DNA from: Mobula hypostoma
Taxonomy: Eukaryota
DNA: 64,000 nucleotides
Direction of reading: 5' to 3'
Assembly (NCBI RefSeq): GCF_963921235.1
Contig: NC_086108.1
Span: 90,956,001-91,020,000, forward strand
Shown: positions 1 to 13,530 of the stretch, piece after piece
How the letters are laid out: every line of letters begins with the position of its first letter
Numbering within the stretch: the stretch's first letter is position 1
Position numbers and translations under genes: made by a program
The notes under the pieces: model-generated
Databases searched by the model: none
The model's input: the letters and a program-made list of their open reading frames with translations, nothing else
Told to the model about the DNA's origin: nothing

Positions 1-1219
1 CCAGTGCTAACTTTAGATATGCTAACCAATCCTCTCCATAATATTTTAATTCTCAAGATTTTCATCAATCTTACTACCAAATTATCTTTCTGCTATGGTT
101 TACCAATTAAGGTTAATGTTGAGGCTAATTTAAACCTGCAGTCGTAATTTTATTTGCTATTTGGCCCTTTAACTGTCAAATAACAATGTTGAAGTGAGCA
201 TTACAGTGACTAACCTCTGAACTATGTGCACAGCATTAGCATGTTGAGAGATGTGTAATTACGTTTTGGTTTATGTACAGAAAACGGGTTCAACATTATT
301 TTCATCTCCGAATGCCTGCAGGTCTTTTAAGTAATTGTGAATGTTTGAACTTTTCTGCATAATTTTATTGTACACTTTATAACTTTCTGCATAATGGCAA
401 TGTCATATTAAATGAAACCTGTTACAGCATGTGCAATCTTTGGAAGAGCTGAAATTTGAAAAAAAATCTTTAACTTTTGACAAGTAAGGAAATTAATTTT
501 TAATGTAAAGACTGTCTAAATATAAACTTAAGAATTTAAATGCATTGCAGAGTGTTTATTTTACTAGAGTATACAAATCTAAAAATATATTTCCTTCTAT
601 TATATCTTGCAGTTGTGAGATTTCATTAATAATTAAATTAAATACGGCATAATAAATTAAATTGTTTTTTTTTATTTTACTTGATCTAGCTGTGGCACCA
701 TATGGTATTTATTCATAGCCATTCTGGTAGATATCCACTATAAAGTTGATGTGAATAGGCACAAATTAGGCTGAAGTTCAATGTCTAGTGATTTTCTTGG
801 TGTTACACACCTATAGCACCAAGGTGAATATACCAGCTCCTTTATGAAGAGCCAAAGGCTTCCGAGCCTGGACAATTTACATTGCATTGCCAGCTGATAG
901 TGCTGTTGCCTCTTTCAGTCAGAGGTTTCTAGGTTCAAGTCTCACTCCAGAGACTTGTGTAGCAGTGCATGGAATTTCCTGCAGATGTCGGAAAACTGAG
1001 ATAAAAGTAAAAAAATGCTTGAGATAGTCAGCATATGGAGAGAGCGCAGACTTGACATCTTAGGTAAAGCGACCATCCATTTGAACAAGGAAGTTAGAAA
1101 TTAAACACATTTTAAATCAAGGGAACCTGGAGTAAGCCAAGAGAAAATGAGAGGCATAAAAAGTCATTCCTTATTATTGGCATGGATATCTTACTGATTT
1201 GTACATCTTTATTCAACAG

Positions 1220-1384
1220 GATATTATAACCAATGTTTCTCCAAGAATTATACGTGGAATGACTTCTGGCCCAATCTATGGCCCTGGACAGAGTTCTTTC
1301 CTAAACATTGAACTCATCAGTGAGAAAACATGTGCATACTGGTGCAAAAGCATCACAGAATTAAAGGCTGATTTTCCAAATAAC
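1220..1384 (+). CDS. DPYD: Dihydropyrimidine dehydrogenase, coding exon equivalent to human exon 14 (165 bp)
   Basis: Translates [55 protein letters not shown], nearly identical to the human DPYD segment recalled as [55 protein letters not shown]. Acceptor ttcaacAG at 1218-1219, donor GTGAGT at 1385; phase 0/0. Confidence 0.97.
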
Positions 1385-1474
1385 GTGAGTACCGTAACCG
1401 TTTTGAATTTGCCTTGTCGAGTTGTTCTTACATTTATGGAACTAAAGTTCTATTTTGTTACATAAAGGGCAGGA

Positions 1475-1790
1475 TAAGGATTAGCTGTATTTGTCACACA
1501 CTCATCAAAACACCGAAATACTGTATACAGTGAAATCTGTCATTTTGTGTCAACAGCCAACAGAGTTAGAGGATGCGTTGGGGTGCATCCCACAAATGTC
1601 GCCATGCTTCCAGCGTCAATAGAGCATTCCCCCTACTTACTAATCTTAACCTTTGCGTCTTTGGACTGTGCGAGGAAACCCACATGATCACGGGGAGAAC
1701 ATAAAATGTCATTATAGACACCAGTGGGAATTGAGCCCGAATCTTAACAGCTGGCACTGCGGAGCAGTACACTAATCACTGCACTACCGT
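1475..1790 (-). mobile_element. tRNA-headed SINE (related copy at about 12503-12787)
   Basis: Minus-strand head with a B-box-like segment (revcomp of ggaattgagccc) and body motif gtctttggactgtg..gaaaccc..cacggggagaaca shared with other copies in the window. Confidence 0.65.
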
Positions 1791-2394
1791 TCCACACCCT
1801 ACTCTGCTCTGCTTCCCCCCTATGCTACTGTATCATACCACACAATTTACAAATTATCGTCTTGACTTTCAATGTAGAAATAATCTTAAAATTCTTCGCA
1901 TCTGAATATCTTTGGTTCTCCCGGTGCTTTGTGGACTTGCAAAATGAAGTAGGGAGTGAGGAACATGTTCATTGTCTCCTGATTTTCAGAGTGCAGCCAT
2001 AGTATTTAATAAAGAAATTAATATAATTTATGATAGGCTTTTTAGTAACTGCCTACAAATACAGAGTGAAAACTTTAAGATTTGTTACTTACTCATGGAT
2101 GTTACTGCTCAGTCAAAATGAAGGCATAACAGTGAAACAGTTCATTGCTTTTTAAGTAAGTCATAGAGAGAGCACAGAAACTTACACACCATATCTACGC
2201 TGATCATCACCAAATTTCTCTCTAATCGTAACTTAACCCAATATATTCCCCCAATGTTGCTGCTAACCTCCCCAAATTCTGCTAAATATCCACATGCTAA
2301 AGGCAGTTTACAGTGGCCAATGAAACTACCAGTCTGCAGTTTGGGACATGGGAGGAGTCATAGAAACTTCACCTCAACAGTCAGGATTAGACTT

Positions 2395-2725
2395 TAAGAC
2401 TGTGAGACATTAGAGCAGGATTAAGCCATTCAGCCCATCACACATGTTCCACCATTCCATCATGGCTGGTTTATTATCCCTCTCAGCCACATTCACCTGC
2501 CTTCTCCCTGTAACCTTTGACACCCTTACTAATCAAAAACCTATCAACCCCCACTTTAAATATATCCAATGAATTGGCCTCCACAGAATTCCACCAATTG
2601 CCACCCTCTAGCTTAAGAAATTCCTCCTCATCTGTGTCCTAAAGGGACATCCTTGTATTCTGAAGCTGTGTCCTCTGGTCCTAGACGACTTCACTATTGG
2701 AAACATCCTCTTAATATCCACTGTA
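2395..2725 (-). mobile_element. CR1 LINE 3' fragment
   Basis: Reverse complement resembles the CR1 ORF2 C-terminus and 3' UTR seen at 2853-3187. Confidence 0.7.
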
Positions 2726-2852
2726 CCTTGCAGTTGTAGCTAACAAAGTGGCCAGTGAGTGTATGTTTTAACATAGGATTTCAATCAATGGAGCTGCAAA
2801 TCTAACCTGCAGAGAAGAATATGCAAAAGTAGGTCTACCAGGATTATAACCA

Positions 2853-3187
2853 ACAGAGTTCCCGCTGATGGATGAGTCCAGAACCAGAGGCCACAGTTTA
2901 AGAGTAAGGGGTAGGCCATTTAGAACGGAGTTGAGGAAAAACTTTTTCACCCAGAGAGTGGTGGATATGTGGAATGCTCTGCCCCAGAAGGCTGTGGAGG
3001 CCAAGTCTCTGGATGTTTTCAAGAAAGAGATGGATAGAGCTCTTAAAGATAGCGGAATCAAAGATTATGGGGATAAGGCAGGAACTGGATACTGATTCTG
3101 GGTGATCAGCCATGATCACAGTGAATGGCAGTGCTGGCTTGAAAGGCCGAATGGCCTACTCCTGCACCTATTGTCTATTGTCTATTG
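2853..3187 (+). mobile_element. CR1 LINE 3' fragment with (CTATTGT)n tail
   Basis: ORF 2868-3095 SRTRGHSLRVRGRPFRTELRKNFFTQRVVDMWNALP is the canonical CR1 ORF2 C-terminus, followed by a microsatellite tail. Confidence 0.88.
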
Positions 3188-3274
3188 AGTCTGGTAGCCA
3201 TTTATTCTGAGAAGGTCGTATTTGAATTAACTATGAAAAAATGAATGTGTGGTAGCAGAATGGTGTAGTTGGTG

Positions 3275-3830
3275 TTGGTAAATTGATTTATGATTGTCAC
3301 TTCTATTGAGCTACTGTGAAAAGCTTTGTTTTGCATGTCATTTCATCACATCAGTGCACTGAGGTAGTAGATGGGAAAACAATAACAGAATGTAGAATTA
3401 AGTATTACAGGTACAAAGAAAGTGCAGTGCAAACAGACAATTAGTGCAAGGCCATAATGAGATAAACTGTGAGGTGTACCAGGAATTAGGCTTCTTACCT
3501 AATAATGTGGTAGAAACTGTCTTTGACTTTGGTGGTGCACACTTTCATGCGTTTTTGTTTTACCTTCTGCACGATGGAAGGGTGCAGAAAGGAGAATGTT
3601 CAGGCTAGGTGGGATCTTTGACAACAGTGGTTGCTTCTCTGAGGCAGTGAGATTTGCAGGTGGAGTCCATGGAGGGGAAGGCTGCTTTCTGTGATGTGTT
3701 GAGCTGTGTACATAACTCTCTCTAGTTTCTTGCAGTCTTGGGCAGAGCAGTTGCCATATGAAGTCATGATGCATCCAGATTGGGTGCTTTCTGTGGTACA
3801 TTTATAAGACTTGGTGAATGTCCCAGGGGA
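3275..3830 (-). mobile_element. Decayed Rex/Babar-like LINE 3' fragment
   Basis: Reverse complement resembles the C-terminal coding region of the 6058-6983 element (TIESIL..CIT.W..C motif) plus a 3' UTR. Confidence 0.6.
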
Positions 3831-3914
3831 AATAACTGCTCCCTCTCAGCTCCAGTGACCCAGTGTCAAACTGGTATTATGAGCTGATCGTGCACCTTGG
3901 CTGTGATAGGGTGT

Positions 3915-4620
3915 GCTGGCGTTAGAAAAGCTCCAGAGGAAGTTCATGAGAAAAATCCCAGGTATAAAAAAGTTAAAATATGAAGAGAGTTCGATGCTCA
4001 AGGCCCATATTCACTGGAGATTAGAAGAAAGAGGGCAATGTCACTGAAATCTGTTGAATTTTTGGAAGTTAAAAAAGTTATTCGTGAGGTTGCATTTGAA
4101 GAATTGTGTACTGTTTTGGTTACAGGAAAAGTATCACTAAATCAAAAAGAGTGTGGAAAAGGCTTATGTCAGTAATGCCAGGAGTAAAGTGTCTGAGGCT
4201 GTTATAGGGAGAGGTTGGCCAGACTAGGTCTTTTTCCTTGGAATGTAAGAGAGTGAGAGAGTGATAACACTTGTGGAAATGTTTTAAATTGTGAGAGGCA
4301 TAGTAACAGTCTTTTCCAGCATGCAGGAGAACCCAGACCAAACCTTGGGGGCATAGATATCCTGTAGGGTGAGAAGGGAAAGATTTAAAAATGACCTGAA
4401 GAGCTAATTTTTAGTGCAGAGGGTACCAACTGCCAGACAAAAGGGTTGGGGTAGGTACAATGGTATCATCTAGGAAGCATTTGGATGGGTACATGGAGGA
4501 GTGGGGATTAGAGGGTGATGGTCTGAGTGCAGAAATTTGGGACTAGCTGGATAGGGTGTCATATTATGCATGGACAGGCTGTACAGAAGGGCCCGTATCC
4601 ATGGTGTAATGCTGTATGAC
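3915..4620 (+). mobile_element. Old CR1 3' fragments
   Basis: Degenerate matches to the CR1 RT C-terminus (LERVQRRFTRM-like, GLFSLE-like) and the 3' UTR motif gaagggccc..gtgtaatgctgtatgact. Confidence 0.55.
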
Positions 4621-5039
4621 TTTCTCTACCCTTGTAATTTAGCATTTTATGCACAGTACAATATAAAATTGATCACTAAACAAAATGTGAGTGAGCAGAA
4701 CATACACTGAGAATCTGAGCTGAACCCTTACAGTTCCTTATGGAGGCCCTATACCCTGATATCGTCATAATGCTGGATAACCCTGTGTGGATTTCAAACA
4801 AATAACCTGGTCATGGTAGGAAGGAGACTTGCTCAATTCTGTGTTTAAGTGCAGCCTTTTTCTGAACCTCCTTCATGGACTTTATCATAGAAGATGACCT
4901 TAGATTCTTTTTTTCTTAGGCAGGTATGGTGGGTAAAGTCACCTTCTTCCCCTGTTAGGAAGGGGGCCTGGCTGCTCCAAGCTTTGACAGGGGAGACTGC
5001 CTCAACTACTACAATATCTGATTGCTCTCTTCTCGGTGC

Positions 5040-5415
5040 AGCCATCGGGAAGGAGGTACCAGGTTCAGGGAACAGTTATTACTCTTCTACCATCAGGCTC
5101 CTGTACCAGCATGGATAACATCACTCATCTCAACTCTGAACTGATTGCACAACCTATGGACTCACGTTCAAGGACTCTACAACTCATGTTCTCAGTTAGT
5201 CAGTTAGTTAGTTAACTATTTATTTGTTGTTTCCTTATTATTGTTCTTTTTTGTACGTGCACAGGTTGTCTTCTTTTGCACATTGGTTGTTTGTCAATCT
5301 TTGTTTGTGTGCAGCTTTTCATTGATTCTATTGTATTTCATTGTCCAACTGTGAATGTCTGCAAGATAGTGAATTTCAGGGTAGTGTGTGGTGACGAGTA
5401 TGTGCTTTGAACTTT
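5040..5415 (+). mobile_element. Rex/Babar-like LINE 3' end and UTR (same family as 27020-27570 and 48513-48972)
   Basis: Shared sequence aggttcaggaacagttattac..accatcaggctcctgaaccagcatggataac and a T-rich UTR. Confidence 0.65.
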
Positions 5416-6057
5416 GATTGTACATTGAAGCAGTGGAGCATTTGCTCCCAAGACTGTCCCATCCATCCTAGCTAATGATCAACTACACTCCGTTCTCCAG
5501 CAGGAGATCATATGGATTTGTTGCCAGTCTCTGTGCATCTCCTGAAATCACTTGCAGACCTGCTGGGTTCTCTTATTGCTTCTTGTATATGTAATATAAG
5601 GCTGAGAGTGAGGGATATAAGGCAAATTTTCAAAATGTGACCATGTCATTTCATAAAGCAAATAATGTAATTCATAACCATACTAAGGGTAAGGGAATTG
5701 CACTTGTTGCAAAGTCCCTGTGCAGCCCTGGATCAAACTGACTCAGTTCTCCTGTACAAAGATGTGTTTGGGTAACTTTTTCATTGCCAGCAATGGCTTT
5801 GCTTTACCCTTTTTAAGTATGCTCTCCCTCTCCAGAAGATATTCTTTAAAAATATAAGATAAGTAGTTCCTTTGTGCTAATGTTATGTATGAGATCAAAT
5901 GTTTTTACCAAAGAACATTTTTGACATACCTCAGTATACTTGTTTTGGAAGCAGATGTGAATTGAAAACCCAGAAGCAAGTCTTTACTGCTGCTTTAAGA
6001 AATTCCCTCCTCTAATGCCTGCAAAATATATTGTGGAGAGAATGAGTAGAATAAACA

Positions 6058-6983
6058 ACAATTATAGGCTGTATCTCTGGTAATGATGAGTTTGAGTACA
6101 GAGAGGAAATTAAAAACCTGGTGGCATGGTGCGAAGACAATAACCTATCCCTCAACGTCAGCAAGACGAAAGAATTGGTTGTTGATTTCAGAAGGAATAG
6201 TGGACTGCACGATCCAATTTACATCAGTGGTGCGCAAGTGGAACAGGTCAAAACCTTTAAGTTCCTCGGGGTCAATATCACAAATGACTTGACTTGGTCC
6301 AACCAAGCAGAGTTCACTGCCAAGAAGGTCCACCAGCGCCTTTACCCCCTGAGAAAACTAAAGAAATTTGGCCTGTCCCCTAAAACCCTCACTAATTTTT
6401 ACAGAGGCACCATAGAAAGCATTCTTCTAGGGTGCATCACAACCTGGTATGGAAGTTGTCCTGTCCAAGACCGAAAGAAGCTGCAGAAGATCGTGAACAT
6501 GGTGCAGCACATCACACAAACCAATCTTCTGTCCGTGGACTCACTTTACACCGCACGCTGTCAGAGCAGTGCTGCCAGGATAATCAAGGACACGACCCAC
6601 CCAGCCAACAGACTTTTTGACCCTCTTCCCTCTGGGAGAAGGTTCAGGAGCTTGAAGACTCGTATAGCCAGATTTGGGAACAGCTTCTTTCCAACTGTGA
6701 TAAGACTGCTGAACGGATCCTGACCCAGATCTGGGCTATACCCTCCAAATATCCGGACCTGCCTCTCGGTTTTTTGCACTACCTTACTTCCCATTTTTCT
6801 ATTTTCTAGTTATGATTTATAATTTAAATTGTTAATATTTACTAATTTTAACTATTTTTAATATCTTTGATATTTAATATTTGTAATCCAGGGAGTGTGA
6901 AGCGCAGAATCAAATATCGCTGTGATGATTGTACGTTCTAGTACCAATTGTTTGGCAACAATAAAGTATAAAGTATAAATAAA
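6058..6983 (+). mobile_element. Young 5'-truncated Rex/Babar-clade LINE (RT C-terminus, 3' UTR, AAAGTAT tail)
   Basis: ORF 6121-6723 WCEDNNLSLNVSKTKELVVDFRR..FKFLGVNITNDLTWS..; near-identical copy at 29528-30250. Confidence 0.85.
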
Positions 6984-8451
6984 TAACAACAAACAACTAT
7001 GTTCCGTACCTATTCTGGTATCTGTCCCCCACTTTTCCTTCTCTACATCGACGACTGCATTGGCACTGCTTCCTGCATGCATGCTGAGCTCGTTGACTTT
7101 ATTAACTTCACCTCCAACTTTCACCCTGCCCTCAAGTTTACCTGGTCCATTCCTGACACCTCCCTCCCCTTTCTAGATTTTTCTGTCTCTATCTCTGGTG
7201 ACAGCTTATCCACTGATGTCTACTATAAGCCTACTGACTCTCACAGCTATCTGGACTATTCCTCTTCTCACCCTGTCTCTTGCAAAAATGCCATCCCCTT
7301 CTTGTAATTCCTCCATCTCCGCCGCATCTGCTCTCAGGATGAGGCTTTTCATTCCAGGACGAGGGAGATGTCCTCCTTTTTAAAAAAAAAATGGGCTTCC
7401 CTTCCTCCACCATTAACTCTGCTCTCAAACGCATCTCCCCATTTCACGCACATCTGCTCTCACTCCATCCTCCTGCCCCCCAACTAGGAATAGGGTTCCC
7501 CTGGTCCTCACCTACCACCCCACTAGCCTCCGGATCTAGCATATTATTCTCCATAACTTCCGCCCCCTCCAACGGAATCTCACCACGAAGCACATCTTTC
7601 CCTTCCCCCCTCTCTCAGCTTTCCTACGCGACTCCCTTGTCCATTCGTCCCCCCCATCCCTCCCCACTGATCTCCCTCCTGGCACTTATCCTTGTAAGCA
7701 GAACAAGTGCTACACATGCCCTTACACTTCCTCCCTTACCCTTCCTCCCTTCCTCCCTTGGGGTGATATATTGCGTTCGGTGCTCCCAATGTGGCCTTCT
7801 ATATATTGGCGAGATCTGACGCAGACTGGGAGACCGTTTTGCTGAACACCTACGCTCTGTCCGCCAGAGAAAGCAAGATCTCCCAGTGGTCACACATTTT
7901 AATTCCACTTCCCAATCCCATTCTGACATGTCTATCCACGGCCTCCTCTACTGTAAAGATGAAGCCACACTCAGGTTGGAGGAACAACACCTTATATTCC
8001 GTCTGGGTAGCCTCCAACCTGATGGCATGAACATTGACTTCTCTAACTTCCGCTAATGCCCCACCTCCCCCTCGTACCCCATCCGTTATTTATTTTTATA
8101 CACACATTCTTTCTCTCACTCTCCTTTTTCTCCCTCTGTCCCTCTGACTATACCCCTTGCCCATCCTCTGGTTCCCCCCCCCCACCTTGTCTTTCTCCCC
8201 AGACCTCCTGTCCCATGATCCTCTCAGCTCCCCTTTGCCAATCACCTGTCCAGCTCTTGGCTCCATCCCTCCCCCTCCTGTCTTCTCCTATCAATTTGGA
8301 TCTCCCCCTCCCCCTCCCACTTTCAAATCTCTTACTAACTCTTCCTTCAGTTAGTCCTGACGAAGGTTCTTGGCCTGAAACGGCGACTGTACCTCTTCCT
8401 AGAGATGCTGCCTGGCCTGCTGCGTTCACCAGCAACTTTGATGTGTGTTGC
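6984..8451 (+). mobile_element. Penelope-like element (Neptune-like), 5'-truncated, inserted into the Rex tail
   Basis: RT motif YIDDC, Cys-rich linker, GIY-YIG endonuclease GVIYCVRCSQCGLLYIGE, pyrimidine-rich terminal region with hammerhead motif; TSD AAGTATAAATAAA at 6971-6983 and 8452-8464. Confidence 0.88.
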
Positions 8452-9140
8452 AAGTATAAATAAACAGCAGGTTTTGATGTACTTGTTCTCCTCGAGTTCC
8501 TGGTAGGGTGGAGAAGTTGACTCAAGAGATGTAGCTAAATTGGAGCTTCTTTCTATTTGTCCCAGTTTATAACCAGCTCAGATTAGAGTTTGTCCAAAGA
8601 ACCTGGCAAAAACACCTGCACTGGATTCATCCACAAGCCTCAGAGTATATAGGGGCCATAGAAGAATCCCAGGAATAACCAGGAAAGGACATTACAAACC
8701 AGGAAAGTCCCCCCAACTAAGATCTAATGGACAACTTTAAAATACAGTACTTTCCTCTGCCAGGAGAGATCTTAGAGACTCTTAGATTGATGCATGAATG
8801 AAAGAGAAATAAAGGGCTATGTGAGAGGGAATGTTAGTGTAGGGTGAAGGTTGGGACCACATTGTGGACCAAAAAGCTTGTATTTTGCTATATTGTTGTG
8901 TACTCTATGTTTGTAGCTAGCAGATGATTACTAGTAGGTTGACAGTTTTCAGATTTCCCCTGTTCCTAGACAATCCTTCATTTCAGTGTTTGGGATTTCA
9001 TTACACCACCATTCGAGGTCTCTTGCTTTCTGGAGCAACGTATCAGAATCAGGATCAACTATCAGTGACATCCATTGTGAAATTTGCTGTGTTGTGTCAG
9101 CAGTAAAGTGAAATTATACCATAAGTTACAAAAAGAAATA

Positions 9141-9856
9141 CAATGGATTTTGGTTAATTGGGACACATCAACATCAGTACATTTTGGCCCAAATAAACAG
9201 CTGCCCTGTTAGCCGAAGTTTTATGGAAATAGTTAACAAGGTATTAAAAAAAACTGACAAGCTACCGTTTAATTGAATAATAAATTGTGTATTTGAATGA
9301 AATGCAGATCAAAGTAGAACATTACAATACTGTAAAATTGTGCATTAGTTCCTAATTGTTATTGACAGAGGAATTCATACAGTGTCTGCTGTTGTGTTCT
9401 TTTGATGGACTGTAAGTGAACAAAATCAGTGCAGACACAGTGTTGATACCTTCAAATTCTTCATAGTTATTACCTTGCTGAATTAGTGAAATGGTTTCAT
9501 TTTCACTCCTGGCATCTCCAAGCTTGAATACTAGAAACTGTAGTGAGCAAAACAGTTCTAAATTGTCTTACTGCTTATTTCTTGCCAACTATCAGTGAAA
9601 AAAAATCACTGCTTTTTGAACTCAAACATATGCATTCAATGCTATTTAAAAACTGGTCACTCCAAGCACAGAGCCATGTCTAATGGCATGCAGCTGACAC
9701 TGGTTAGAAACTGTTCAGCAAGAGTCTCCAGTGGCATATGTCTCAAATATTGAAGGAATCCCAGCTGTTTGCTTGATTACTTTTTGTTCTTTAAGAGTTG
9801 TCCCAAATAAGTGGCTGTTCCAATTAACTGATGGCCCAATTAACCAGAATCCACTG
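9141..9856. mobile_element. Non-autonomous Tc1/mariner (Tigger-like) DNA transposon
   Basis: Terminal inverted repeats CAATGGATTTTGGTTAATTGGG / CCCAATTAACCAGAATCCACTG flanked by TA. Sits inside an older LINE 3' fragment (about 9045-10080); a partial copy lies at about 38450-38611. Confidence 0.8.
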
Positions 9857-10774
9857 TATAAAAAAATTAATTAGCGCAATAGAGAGAAAAAATATGGAGG
9901 TAATGTTCACGGGCTCTTGGATAATTGAGAAATCTGGTGGTGGAGGGGAAGAAGCTGCTCCTAAGATGTTAACTGTGTGCTTTCAAGCTCCTGTAACTCC
10001 TCCCTGATGGTAGCAATGAGTAGAGGGCAGGTTTCTGGCAATCGGGGTCCTTGAAAGGATTCCGCCTTCTTGAAGTGTCACCGCTCAGCTTGCATTACCA
10101 GCTGCAGCCATCTTGCCATTAGTAATAAAGAAATTGAATATGAATTGTAAAGTTTTGCAGGCAGTCAGTTAAGGAGCTGCTTTACAACAGCAGGTGCGGT
10201 ACAGAAGCAGATCAAAGCTGCTTTCTCTGATGAGTCTAACATTATTTGCATAACAGCTTCATACCCACTAACCTTTCTATCTGTCTAAAGCAGGTTCAGT
10301 TTAGCTGTGTTACTGAATCAGCTTTCGACATACAAAAATGCTACTTACGTACTCACAGTGCACATCCCTGAATCTGTTTCTCCATTGATACTGAGCATGC
10401 TGCCATCACAGGACAATCTCACATTACTCATTTATAAATGTTACTGTTGCCCCTCCTGTGTAACCAGTAATGGGTGGGAAAATGACATGGATTGGACTGT
10501 CTGTCCCATTTCACCACATTGTCCCTGAAGCCTGATTACTTCTTTTCCACTATGCATATCCAAAGTTAGTCTTGAAGTTGTTTCTCATCCCTTACAGGCA
10601 ATGAGCTAGAAGATTTAAAAAGTCACAGCAGTGAGTAGTCAGGACAGATTGGACAGCTCGTCTAGTGAAGCTTTATGAGATTGAGGAATAAGAAAAGTAT
10701 CACCACATTCATGAGATTATATTATAAACCACCCAAAGGTCTATGGGATTTAGAGGATCAAAGATAGGTCTTAA

Positions 10775-11069
10775 AGGGCACTGACGAATGTGGTAGAACA
10801 AAGGGATCTGGGAATGTAAGTCTATAATTCTTTGAAAGTGGCATCATAGATCGATAGGGTTGTAAAGAAAGTTTTTGGCACATCGGTCATCATAAATCAG
10901 TTTATTGAGTACAGAAATTGGGATGTTATATTGGTGAGACCTGATCTGGAGTATCGTGTCCAGATTTGGTCACCTACCTACAAGGAGAATGTAATTAAGA
11001 CTGAAAGAGTGCAGAGAAAATTTACAAGGATCTTGCTGGGACCTGAGTACCTGAGCTGTAGGGAAAGTT
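10775..11069 (+). mobile_element. Old CR1 RT fragment
   Basis: Degenerate LVRPDLEYRVQIWSP..ERVQRKFTRIL. Confidence 0.7.
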
Positions 11070-12083
11070 TAGAAACATAGAAAACCTATAGCACAATACA
11101 GGCCCATCGGCACACAAAGCTGTGCCGAACATGTCCTTACCTTAGAAATTACCTAAGGTTATCCATAACCCTCTATTTTTCTGAACTCCATGTACCTATC
11201 CAGGAGTCTCTTAAAAGACCCTATCATATCCGCCTCCACCACCATCACCGGCCGTCCATTCCACGCACTCACCACTCTCTGCGTAAGACTCTTGGCAGTG
11301 TGGAGGATTAGAGGGGTCTTGGGGTCCGAGTCCATAGGACACTCAAAGCTGTGCACAGGTTGACTCTGTAGTTAAGAAGGCATTCCATGCCATTCTCTGT
11401 GTGAAATACTTACCCCAACTTCTCCTCTGTACCTACTTCCAAGCACCTTAAAACTGCCCTCTCGTGCTAGCCATTTCAGCCCTGGGAAAAAGCCTCTGAC
11501 TATCTATACCATCAATGCCTCTAATCATCTTATACACCTCTATCAGGTCACCTCTCATCCTCTGTCGCTCCAAAGAAAAAAAGCTGAGTTCACTCAACCT
11601 ATTCTCATAAGGCATGCTCCCCAATCCTAGTAATATCTTTGTAAATCTCCTCTGCACCCTTTCTATGTTTCCACATCCTATGGTGAGGCGACCAGAACTG
11701 AGCACAGTACTCCACGTGGGGTCTGACCAGGGTCCTATATAGCTGCAACATTACCTCTCGGCTCCTAAACTCAATCCCACGATTTCTTAACCACAGAGTC
11801 AACTAGCACAGCAGCTTTGAGCGTCCTGTGGACTCGGACCCCAAGATCCCTCTGATCCTCCACACTGCCAAGAGTCTTACCATTAATACTATATTCTGCC
11901 ATCATATTTGACCTACCAAAATGAACCACCTCACACTTACCTGGGTTGAACTCCATCTGCCACTTCTCAGCCCAGTTTTGCATCCTATCAATGTCCCGCT
12001 GTAACCTCTGACAGCACTCTACACTATCCACAATACCCCCAACCTTTGTGTCATCAGCAAATTTACTAACCCATCCCTCCACT
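11070..12083 (-). mobile_element. Young CR1 LINE, 5'-truncated, with internal rearrangement
   Basis: ORFs with SKFADDTKVGG, LVRPHVEYCAQFWSP; tail revcomp of tagaaacatagaaa; same subfamily as 30923-34068 and 49297-50310. Confidence 0.9.
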
Positions 12084-12439
12084 TATTTGCAACAGATGTT
12101 ACAAATCAAGAGGATGGGCATCACGGGAGAGGTGTAGAACTGGATTGCTGGGTTGGATGGTGGCTTATGTGCAGATAATCCCAGCCCTGAAACATTCAGC
12201 CAAGGTCATTTGATTCCAAACATTTGTTTTTTGATCATTCCAGAATGTCTCTCTGCTGCCTCCTGCTCCTTCCCTGCTCCCTTCCCCTTTTCTCAACTAT
12301 GATTCACCTCTCCCTGCCCCCTTCCCACTCTCGGTCCACAATAAAGACCCAAATCAAAATCAGGTTTATCATCAGTCACATTGTTCGTGTAATTTGTGGG
12401 GTTTTTTTGCAACAGTACAGTGTAATACATAAAATTACT

Positions 12440-12503
12440 GCAGTATTTTGCAAATGTCTTAGGCCTAGCTGTATATTTGTGCCTAATACTTTTACACAGC
12501 ACC
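12440..12503. mobile_element. Tiny Tc1-like MITE (two inverted termini only)
   Basis: cagtattttgcaaatgtcttaggc ... gcctaatacttttacacagcaccg forms an imperfect inverted repeat; a related terminus ctgtgcaaaagtcttgggc lies at about 52773. Confidence 0.5.
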
Positions 12504-12979
12504 GTACATCAAAACATCACGATGCATCTTTTGTGTCAAATCAAATTAAGAAAGTAGCGCTGGGCAACCTCAAGTGCCGCCATATTTCCAGTGGCAACAT
12601 CGCATGACCACAGCTTACTAATCTTAACCCTATGTGTTTGGAGTTTGGGAGGAAACCAAAGCACTGGAAGAAGCCCACAAAGTCACGGGGAGAACATGCA
12701 AACTTCTTACGTGCAGCAGCTGCATTTGATCCCGATCGGTGTTCGCCGGTGCTATAATAGCATTATGCTAACCGCGACACTACCGTGCCTCCCTTACCTA
12801 CACGATGAGTTGTACATCATAGCCATTCAATGTGAGAAAAATGTTTCTTCACTGCCTACCTATAGCTTTGACCATCACTTTGTATCTGTGACCCTGACTT
12901 GCTCATGACAACAGTTCATTCAACTATCTTGTTGAAAGTCTCATTTGATTTGACGAATTTCCTGTGATGTTATACAGTA

Positions 12980-13530
12980 TATCCCCTGTTTCCATCCAAG
13001 GGGTCAGTGTGGACATGGTGGAGGTTTACAAATACCTGGGGATACGAATTGACAATAAACTAGACTGGTCAAAGAACACTGAGGCTGTCTACAAGAAGGG
13101 TCAGAGCTGTCTCTATTTCCTGAGGACACTGAGGTCCTTTAACATCGGTCGGACGATGCTGAGGATGTTCCACAAGTCTGTGGTGGCCAGTGCTATCATG
13201 CTTGCTGTTGTGTACTGGGGCAGCAGGCTGAGGGTAGCAGACACCAACAGAATCAACAAACTCATTCGTAAGGCCGGTGATGTTGTGGGGATGGAACTGG
13301 ACTCTCTGACGGTGGTGTCTGAAAAGAGGATGCTGTCCAAGTTGCATGCCATCTTGGACAATGTCTCCCATCCACTACATAATGTACTGGTTGGGCACAG
13401 GAGTACATTCAGCCAGAGACTCATTCCACCGAGATGCAACACAGAACATCATAGAAAGTCATTCCTGCCTGTGGCCATCAAACTTTACAACTCCTCCCTT
13501 GGAGGGTCAGACACCCTGAGCCAATAGGCT
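12980..13530 (+). mobile_element. Rex1-like LINE fragment (second family)
   Basis: ORF 12964-13527 YKYLGIRIDNKLDWSKNTEAVYKKGQSCLYFLR..SFLPVAIKLYN. Confidence 0.8.

Noticed and set aside
1199..1465. 88-aa ORF as a standalone gene
   Set aside because: Only 1220-1384 matches DPYD; the flanks are intron read-through past canonical splice sites.
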